Positions 1 through 7,491 of a DNA stretch of 7,622 nucleotides are shown one piece after another. The notes under the pieces are model-generated. The model ran no database searches, had not been told where the DNA came from, and worked only from the letters and a program-made list of their open reading frames with translations. Positions within the stretch are counted from its first letter, which is position 1, and each line of letters begins with the position of its first letter. This stretch comes from Octopus sinensis (Eukaryota), in the NCBI RefSeq assembly GCF_006345805.1, contig NW_021828809.1:1-7622 (forward strand), written 5' to 3'. The translations under genes and the position numbers were made by a program.

Positions 1-70
1 TTTATTGGGCTGTTCCACCAATATTCCTTGTTATACGTATTACACCAGTACTCCTCGTATGTATGTATGT

Positions 71-174
71 CATTATTTAGTTTATTTCAAGGTTTCTTGC
101 TAATAGAGAAAGAATCGGTTTCTAACCTAGATCCAAGGCTCCTTCATTGGAATTTCAACATCAACAATAGGATA
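71..174 (-). mobile_element. Probable 5'-truncated retroposon 3' end inserted in a (TATG)n/(CATA)n tract
   Basis: A 104-bp complex segment is bounded by the identical 15-mer CGTATGTATGTATGT at 56-70 and 175-189. On the minus strand it ends AATAAA (plus 81-86), then CTAAATAATG, then (ACAT)n. This is the layout of a non-LTR 3' UTR with a simple-repeat tail. The family is not identified, and the flanking repeat is low complexity. Confidence 0.5.
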
Positions 175-415
175 CGTATGTATGTATGTATATGCAGATT
201 TATACGTTTTATGTATATATTCTCATTCATATAGTTGCATATCTGGACATGATCATATATATTTAAACGATAAACTTCTGGAAAGTTTTACACATTTTTA
301 CTGTTCCACTCACAGATTGCATTTGTAATGTACGAATCAGCCGGTCAGTTTCTCTTTCTGAAAGAGATTGTATGTATGTATACTTACATATGAGCCCAAA
401 GTGTACGTACGCCGC

Positions 416-422
416 TATATAT

Positions 423-471
<49 letters not shown>

Positions 472-492
472 TATATATATATTATATTATAT
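416..492. repeat. (TA)n microsatellite
   Basis: Near-perfect TA run with a few AA/TT interruptions. Confidence 0.97.
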
Positions 493-687
493 GAAATAAA
501 AATGGGACAGAACGCAAAACATCCAGACAGTTAGGTGATTAAAAAAAAACGGGGACAACAAAACGTCCAGATAGACGATACAAAGAAAACAAGTACGAGT
601 CATTCGGAGTTTTCTTTCCTGAGTCGAGTTCCAGATTATCTTTGCAATTTCGGCTGGTTATACTCGGGATTGCTCCAATCTGGCCAG
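493..687. mobile_element. Unclassified interspersed-repeat-like fragment abutting a TA tract
   Basis: Starts immediately after (TA)n. Contains an internal imperfect direct repeat, CAAAACATCCAGACAG (515-530) and CAAAACGTCCAGATAG (559-574), plus a nested hairpin at 631-683. Assignment as a repeat is inference. Confidence 0.35.
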
Positions 688-703
688 GTAAGCATGTATC
701 TAC

Positions 704-733
704 GTATGGTATTGTACTGTATTGTATTGTATT
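704..733. repeat. (GTATT)n pentanucleotide repeat, about 6 imperfect units
   Basis: GTATG GTATT GTACT GTATT GTATT GTATT read directly. Confidence 0.85.
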
Positions 734-1504
734 TCCTATAAACATACTTACTTTAGCATGGGGTGCAATGTTATTTCTCTAACTTATATCGATAGAGAAC
801 AATATCTGCAATTTGTATTTATCTGTTTTCTTTTTGCAAGGTCTCTGATATAGCCACTATTAAAATTTGGTAGATAGGAAATATAACTAATGCAGTGTCG
901 TTTTCCTTTTGTTACCATCATCAACTGGACAGTCGCACAGCGTGAGTTATATATTTTGGATCATTTATATAGAATGGTGAATTTGTGGAACGTTTTGCGT
1001 GTATGCTGCACCCATTACTATTACGACTTACTACGATTATTTTAAATATTCAATGTCCAGAAATATTTTTAAGATCTTGCAATAATTCAGATCTGCCAGA
1101 AACTCATTTCGTATTCTAAAATTGTATCTTAACCTTTTGACTGGGTAATTGAATTTCCATGGTGATTCTCCTAATGACGTTAATTATCCACCGAAAAATA
1201 GAATTGGTATTTTCTGCTTCCGTAATGCTTTTTGTGTGTCTCCTGTCGATACGTTTTTCATATCCATCACTAAAAGCATTTGAATTTTTGCCGTTTAAAG
1301 AAATATCGGATAAAACTATTGGAAAAAGAAAATTAAGAAAACTTGAAGAATTGTTTTTAATAATAAAAAAAAGTGTCACTGAGGGTATCTTCACCCCTTT
1401 TGCAGCATAATGGGGGCGGAATGGGGCTTTTCAGAGCCAGTGGGAGGTGCTACTTTCTTCAGTGAGGGAATAAAAATTTCGAGTAGATATATCCTCTTTT
1501 CATT

Positions 1505-1598
1505 TCATCATCATCATCATCATAGACACCGCCGTCGTCATCATTATCATCATAATCATCATCATCGTCGTCGTCATCATCATCATCACCACCATCAC

Positions 1599-1636
<38 letters not shown>

Positions 1637-1898
1637 ACATTATCATCATTATCCTCATCATCATCGTCACCGTCGTCATCATTATCATCATCATCATCGT
1701 TGTTGTCGTCGGGGTCGTCGGCGTCATCGTCACCATCATTGTCATTGTATTCATCATCATCATCATCGTCGTCGTCGTAATCATTATCATCATCATCAAC
1801 GTCGTTGTCACCATCGTCGTCATCATCGTCGTCCCCATCACCACCACCACCACCACCACCACCACTACCCCCCCACCACCATCATCATCATCATCATA
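1505..1898. repeat. Compound trinucleotide microsatellite (CAT)n/(CGT)n/(CAC)n
   Basis: About 390 bp of CAT units with CGT, TAT and CAC variants. It is the source of the spurious poly-His and poly-Met ORFs. Confidence 0.95.
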
Positions 1899-2192
1899 AT
1901 CTCTAACAGGCCAAAAAAGCATGAACATCAGCATTATCAACGGAAAGGTCAGCCACGTCTGTGGCTAAAACATTAAGAACCCCAAAGTTCTACAACAGAG
2001 ACAAGAGAACCAACATACTCCACCTCCCTCTTTTACTCATCACCATACACAGCCTCACACTCATCCCCAGTCGCATCGTCGTCGTCGTCGTCCACCCTAC
2101 TTTATTTGTAATGGTAGAATGTATTACACAGTCATGTTTAGAATGCATTTGACCGGAAGTGGGTTAGGATTGGTTTGAGGAGGGAATTAAAC

Positions 2193-2585
2193 AATACCTA
2201 TTTATTTATTGCCCACAGGGGGCTAAACACAGAGGGAACAAACAAGGACAGACATAAGTATTAAGTCGATTACATCGACCCCGGTGCGTAACTGGTACTT
2301 AATTTATCGACCCCGAAAGGCTGAAAGGCAAAGTCGACCTCGGCGGAATTTGAACTCACAACGTAACGCAGACGAAATACCTATTTCTTTATTACCCACA
2401 AGGGGCTAAACACAGAGGGGACAAACAAGGACAGACATAGGTATTAAGTCGATTACATCGACCCCAGTGCATAACTGGTACATAATTTATCGACCCCGAA
2501 AGGATGAAAGGCAAAGTCGACATCGGCGGAATTTGAACTCACAACGTAACGCAGACGAAATACCGCTAAGCATTTCACCCGGCGT
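2193..2585 (-). mobile_element. tRNA-derived SINE, head-to-tail tandem dimer, 5'-truncated
   Basis: Units 2193-2375 and 2376-2558 are 183 bp each, with 10 substitutions and no indels, followed by extra 5' head sequence at 2559-2585. On the minus strand each unit has a Pol III B-box-like GAGTTCAAATTCC (2345-2357, 2528-2540), a central GTCGACTTTGCCTTTCAKCCTTTCGGGGTCGATAAA...GTACCAG domain of the kind I recall from metazoan SINEs, and an A-rich end AATAAA(G/T)AAATA. No A-box is seen upstream. Confidence 0.85.
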
Positions 2586-2969
2586 AAGTGCATGAAATAG
2601 AGCAACAAAATCAAACAAGGGAAGCTGTATAAAGGAACCTGTTGTAAAGACCAACGGAATTTCCTTCAAATTCCTCATTTCCAGTCCAAAGTTATGAACA
2701 GATACGATGTGTAACCGCAGAAGACCTATTTAAAAAATGGCGTCCAAGTGACGAAATTGACTGGAAAAAAAATTAAGTTATACGATTGTAAAGGACGTAA
2801 CGTCTTTGGTTATAGATCTGCTGAATATTGGTTGATCGATGGCTAAGAACAACCACTGGTGGAATGGAACAATCACCTGGTTTAGCACCACAACCAGGCA
2901 ATATTGGTGCATTGTGAGAAAAGCTGTTCTGTCGCAAAAATTCGGGATGATGTTTCTGGTTTCTCCAAA

Positions 2970-3031
2970 TCTCCCCCTCTCTCTCCCTTTCTCTTCCTCT
3001 TTTTCTTTCTCTCTGTCTTTCTCTTTTTTCT
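2970..3031. repeat. Polypyrimidine (CT-rich) low-complexity tract
   Basis: About 60 nt, almost purely C/T. Confidence 0.85.
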
Positions 3032-3062
3032 CGAGGATCAGAAACTCAACCAAAATAAAACC

Positions 3063-3377
3063 GCTACAACTACAACCAATTAAACTACATTACTACTACT
3101 ACTACTACTACTCTTTTTACTACTGGTGTGCCCCTCCTCCTCCTCATACTACTACTACACCACTACTACTACTATTACTACAAGAGCTGCTGCTTGTACT
3201 CCTCCTCCTCATCCTCCTCCTCCTCTTCCTCCTCCTCCTCCTCCTCCTACTACTACTACTACTACTAATACTACTACAAAAACAACAACAACTACTACTA
3301 CTACTACTACTACTACTATTACTTCTATTGCTACAAGAGCTGCTGCTTCCTCTACTACTGCCCTAGTACTGATGCTT

Positions 3378-3414
<37 letters not shown>

Positions 3415-3587
3415 TACTACAACTACAAGAGCTACTGCCACTACTACTACTTCTGCTTCTAGTAGTACTACTACTACTACAAGAGCTGCTGCTACTACTA
3501 CTAATGCTACTTCTAATACTATTGCCACTACTACTACTGCTACTATTTCTACTACTACTACTACAACAACAACTACTACTACTACTG

Positions 3588-3631
<44 letters not shown>

Positions 3632-3640
3632 GCTACTACC
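3063..3640. repeat. Compound (CTA)n/(CCT)n/(CAA)n microsatellite with a recurrent CTACAAGAGCTGCTGCT motif
   Basis: Triplet tract with the 17-mer at 3178, 3331, 3423 (variant) and 3477. It is the source of the poly-L/T/S/V ORFs. Confidence 0.95.
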
Positions 3641-3967
3641 ACGACCGCCAAGAACAACGAGAGTAACGACAGGCAACACTTAGGAACATAGATCCAACCA
3701 ACACCTGCAATAAAATCTCTATCAATCACTAACAAACAGAAGCCACCAACAACACACAGCTCTATCAGCACCGTCACCGTCGTCTCCACAACCTTCAGCA
3801 ATGGACGCCGACTGTAATATCTACCGCCGCCGCCGCCATTAACAGCCGAAACCTACAAGTAAACCGCCACACCACCAGCACCAGGCGAAACTAATGCCAA
3901 CCAAACACCAGCCATTAACCAAAAGCAACAGATAAGCTCCTACCATTTTATGAAGATTGAAAGACGA

Positions 3968-4311
3968 ATATATACATACATAAATATATATATATATATA
4001 TATATATAATGTATGTATGAATGTTAGTATATACATATGTATATATATATGTGTATATATATATTCTCATATATATATACACGTATACATAAATACCTAC
4101 AACATATGAGTATGCACACACTCATTCATACGTATAGTTACATGAATATATGCTTATATACATGCACACACACACACACATATATATATATGTAAATATA
4201 TATGCGTATATATATGCATATATCTATATATATATATATTATATATATATATATATATATAGAACGCACGTATATGAGTGTATATATATATATATATGTA
4301 TGTATGTATAT
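3968..4311. repeat. (TA)n/(CA)n/(TATG)n compound microsatellite
   Basis: Alternating purine-pyrimidine tracts read directly. Confidence 0.93.
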
Positions 4312-4315
4312 TGGA

Positions 4316-4422
4316 TAGAGAGAAAGGTAGAAAGAGAAGGAGAGTTCGATTGAGAAAGAAAGAGAGGAATGTGAAAGTGAAACTGAAAGGGAGAGAGAGA
4401 GAGAGAGAGATGGGGAGGAGAA
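4316..4422. repeat. GA-rich polypurine tract including (GA)n
   Basis: Purine-rich stretch with a perfect GA run at 4390-4410. Confidence 0.85.
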
Positions 4423-4738
4423 AGTGCACAACGTTGAATGATAGAGGCTGTAAAGTTAGCGTCTTCATCTCCAGTGATTCTTCGCCTTACAACATGAATA
4501 GTTTATAATGCGCTTTTATGGTAAGCGTTGCGTTAAATCATGTGAAGAAGTAATTTGTGGAAAGCGGAGGGAATTGAGGCGATGCCATGGTGCGCTGGTT
4601 GTGCGGACGGGGGTGTTGGTGGAACACAATAAATCAAAAATGTCTAGCGGGAAAATTGGAGCAAGCCACTGAGCAATCCATACATAGATGTATTAGTACA
4701 GAGATAAGTATACGCATCTACATGCGACGTAGGTATGC

Positions 4739-4754
4739 ATATATATATATATAT

Positions 4755-4791
<37 letters not shown>

Positions 4792-4990
4792 CATATATAT
4801 ATATTTATATATATATACAAACACACACATATATATATACATACATAATACTATATACATACATACATATACATATACATATATATATATATGTGTGTGT
4901 ATGTATATATTGACACATAGGCATACACATACCTACATAATACACACACAGACACACGCACATACACATGTATATTACATATATATACAT
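4739..4990. repeat. (TA)n/(CA)n/(CATA)n compound microsatellite
   Basis: Read directly. Confidence 0.93.
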
Positions 4991-5025
4991 GATCGCACGT
5001 GTCTTTATTTTAAAGTGATCGTATC

Positions 5026-5069
5026 CCTCTCTGTCTCTCTCTCTGTCTCTTCATCTCTGTGTCTCACTG

Positions 5070-5143
<74 letters not shown>

Positions 5144-5225
5144 TAAGTATATGTGTTATTAATGTACTGGAATATAAGTAAGGAAAGACAAGCGAGAGAT
5201 TCAGAGAGAGACAGAGAGAGAGACA
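5026..5225. repeat. (TC)n - (TA)n - (GA)n microsatellite cluster
   Basis: TC tract at 5026-5096, TA tract at 5104-5138, GA tract at about 5194-5225. Confidence 0.9.
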
Positions 5226-5333
5226 AAGTGAGTGAGAAAGTGGTGTTATGGGTGATGGTGTGAGGTATTATGGTAGGTTTGAAGAGTTATCAGTCGTCTA
5301 TGTGTGATTGATCTTTCAACAGTAAGAGAAGTG

Positions 5334-5352
5334 GCAGCAACAGCAGCAGCAA

Positions 5353-5394
<42 letters not shown>

Positions 5395-5404
5395 CAGCAG
5401 CAGC
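5334..5404. repeat. (CAG)n-(TAG)14-(CAG)n microsatellite
   Basis: Perfect TAG run at 5353-5394, flanked by CAG units. Confidence 0.95.
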
Positions 5405-5512
5405 GATTACAGGAGTGTCCTCATCAGCACCATCACCAGAACCAAAAACATCAAATGCAGACATATTTGCAACATTTATGTGGACAACAGTTACAAGGAA
5501 ACCAGTATAAAA

Positions 5513-5550
<38 letters not shown>

Positions 5551-6090
5551 TACTACTACTACTACTACTACACTACGACGACGACGACGACGACGACGAC
5601 TACGACAACGACTACTAGTACTACCACCATCACTACTACTACCACTACTACTACTACTACTACTAACTACTACACCACCACTACTACTACTACTAACACC
5701 ACCACTATCACTACTATGACTGCTACTGCTGCTGCCGTTGCTACGGACAATACTACCGTCATCACCAGCAACACCACTGACACTACCTCCACTACCACCA
5801 CTTGCAACTCTATTAACTACTACTACTACTACTACTACTACTACCATCATCACTACAACCACTGCGACTGCTGCTGTTGTATTGCCGCTTTCCCTAATAT
5901 AGATATCATCACCACAACCACCACCATAACCACCACCACAACCACCACCATAACCACCACCACTACCACCACCACCACCACCACTATTACTACTAATACT
6001 CCTAATTGTATTACACCTGCTGCTGCTACTACTACAACAACTACTACTACTACAACTACTGTTACTACTACTACTACTACTACTACTACT
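5513..6090. repeat. Compound (TAC)n/(GAC)n/(CAC)n/(TGC)n microsatellite
   Basis: Triplet tract. It is the source of the poly-T/Y/S/V ORFs. Confidence 0.95.
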
Positions 6091-6235
6091 TTTGGTCACG
6101 TTGCTGCCAATGTCCAAAATCTGTCGGGAGAATGGTTGCATTAACGGTTCTTTCCAAATGCATAAAGCTATTTATATTGTCAACTAAATATATGATTGCG
6201 TAAATATTATACACACTGCGTAAATTTGAATGTGT

Positions 6236-6369
6236 ACACACATGTACATCATGCCCTCAGCTATCATCCACACACACACACACACTCACACTTGCACATA
6301 GACACACACACATACTCATGTTTACGCAAACACACACACATTCATGTCCACACACACGCATATATATAT
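6236..6369. repeat. (CA)n-rich microsatellite
   Basis: Interrupted CA runs ending in TA. Confidence 0.85.
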
Positions 6370-6593
6370 GGTTGTTAGAGCTAACGAGCGAGGTAGAACT
6401 TGTTACATAAGAACATAAACGTCTTTTTTTTTATTGTACATCATCTGGAGCAAGCTGCAAACGTGTCTCAAGGGCCGAGAGTTTCGTGTATGGCATTTCA
6501 AATCAGGGACGCTGAAGCAAGGAAATGAAGTGTGATAATTACCTATGCGCGATAACCGAGTCCTCGTGTCACTTTAGCAGCTTTATTCTGAAA

Positions 6594-6795
6594 ATATATA
6601 CATGTATGTGCATGTATTCGCACGGTCGTATGTATGCATGTCTGTATGTAAGTATGCATATATACATGTATGTATATGTGTGTCTCTGCGTGTGTGTGGG
6701 TGAGTGTGCGTGGATGTATATGCACGTCCGTGTATAATATATATATATTATTGATATAATATAAATATATGCATATATACATACATATATGTACA
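6594..6795. repeat. (TATG)n/(TG)n/(TA)n compound microsatellite
   Basis: Read directly. Confidence 0.88.
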
Positions 6796-6796
6796 A

Positions 6797-7030
6797 TATG
6801 CCAATCTACGCTTGGCATATTTCGGTCATTTTATGCGGAGAGAATCCCTGGAGAAGGACATCATGCTCGGAATGGTCAGTGCCAAGAGAGGAAGAGGCTT
6901 GACACCATCAGGAATGATACCGGAATGGACATGGCCAGTCTGAAGGAAACGGCCCAGGATAGAACTGACTGGCGGACACTGATCCAACGAGTGACCGAGA
7001 GTCGACTTCGACTGAGCGGATAGAGAGAGA
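6797..7030 (+). mobile_element. RTE-clade (BovB-like) LINE, 5'-truncated 3' end with frameshifted ORF C-terminus
   Basis: Frame 2 from 6803 reads NLRLAYFGHFMRRESLEKDIMLGMVSAKRGRG. Frame 1 from 6898 reads LDTIRNDTGMDMASLKETAQDRTDWRTLIQRVTESRLRLSG* (stop 7021-7023), followed by a short (GA)n tail. This is collinear with the RTE/BovB C-terminus pattern LxYFGHxMRR.SLEK..MLG...G.R.RGR...RWLD.I.......L.....DR..WR..I..V..SR.RL. A possible TSD is ATGTACA at 6789-6795 and 7030-7036. Confidence 0.93.
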
Positions 7031-7032
7031 TG

Positions 7033-7192
7033 TACATACCAACATATATATGTATATATACATGCATATAAGGGTACAGGACATTAAAAAAATGTAGACA
7101 AAATGGGAAACGAGAACATAAAAGCAGTCTATGTTTTTTGATGTCTTGTACTCATATATGCATTTATATATACTTATATATGTAGGTATGTA
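7033..7192. repeat. Long imperfect inverted repeat (foldback/MITE-like), arms 7033-7099 and 7127-7192, 27-nt spacer
   Basis: Manual pairing gives 57 Watson-Crick pairs, 5 G-T pairs, 4 mismatches and 1 bulged A. The inner arms are complex sequence: GGGTACAGGACATTAAAAAAATGTAGAC and GTCTATGTTTTTTGATGTCTTGTACTC. Confidence 0.85.
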
Positions 7193-7267
7193 TTATTTAT
7201 ATTATTATATGATCGAACTCCACGCATCCTTTTCGAAAGTAAGTTTTACATATATATATATATATAT

Positions 7268-7467
7268 AAGCAATAATAAATCTCTGAAAGAGGTATACAC
7301 AGTAACTGCACGACAATGTGAGGTATATTTGCCATTCCAATATGGCTAACCACTAAGGGTGGATGTTACTGTAGCTTGTAGCCCCAGGAGAACATCTCCT
7401 CCAGCTGGCTATAGGCACACTTTCTGTGCCCTATCGGTATTTGCAAAGGGAGGTCATCCTTCCCTCG
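7268..7467. mobile_element. Unclassified ~200-bp element embedded in (TA)n, with a series of short hairpins
   Basis: Complex, GC-richer segment with sharp boundaries against TA tracts on both sides (7250-7268, 7468-7491). It contains five or six short stems. Mobile origin is inferred. Confidence 0.45.
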
Positions 7468-7491
7468 TATATATATATATATATATATATA

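Noticed and set aside
1116-1410. Overlapping 92-aa (-) and 83-aa (+) ORFs
   Set aside because: Short, with AT-driven composition and no recognisable motif.
1410-1976. 188-aa His-rich ORF (metal-binding or beak-protein-like)
   Set aside because: It is a translation of a (CAT)n tract that is stop-free by construction. It drifts into poly-Ile after a phase slip, and has no signal peptide, domain or Gly/Ala-His motif structure.
2152-2168. Perfect ETS motif ACCGGAAGTG followed by telomere-like GGGTTAGG
   Set aside because: These are single isolated motifs with no promoter context or repeat array.
2193-2230. SINE tail as partner of the RTE LINE at 6797-7030
   Set aside because: There is no visible similarity between the SINE 3' end and the RTE 3' end or its (GA)n tail.
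2193-2564. Retrozyme (tandem units with a hammerhead ribozyme)
   Set aside because: GACGAAA is present, but neither strand of the unit has CUGANGA. The B-box and A-rich tail fit a SINE.
3178-3493. Repeat-spacer pattern resembling CRISPR
   Set aside because: The repeat is only 17 nt, the spacers are unequal microsatellite runs, there are no cas genes, and the context is eukaryotic.
2839-3801. Overlapping poly-Leu/Thr/Ser/Val ORFs (mucin-like or membrane-like)
   Set aside because: Several frames on both strands are open over a triplet microsatellite, with single-codon usage and phase slips.
5400-5430. Minus-strand CTGATGA (5421-5427), and also CTGAAGA at 1456-1462
   Set aside because: Neither is followed by a stem II closed by GAAA together with stems I and III.
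5455-6144. 229-aa Thr-rich ORF and the antisense 197-aa ORF
   Set aside because: The homopolymer blocks switch L to Y to T exactly at repeat phase slips, which marks a microsatellite artefact.
4657-6455. TGGAGCAAGC shared by two unique islands (4657-4666, 6446-6455)
   Set aside because: A 10-mer match is expected by chance in 7.6 kb and does not extend.
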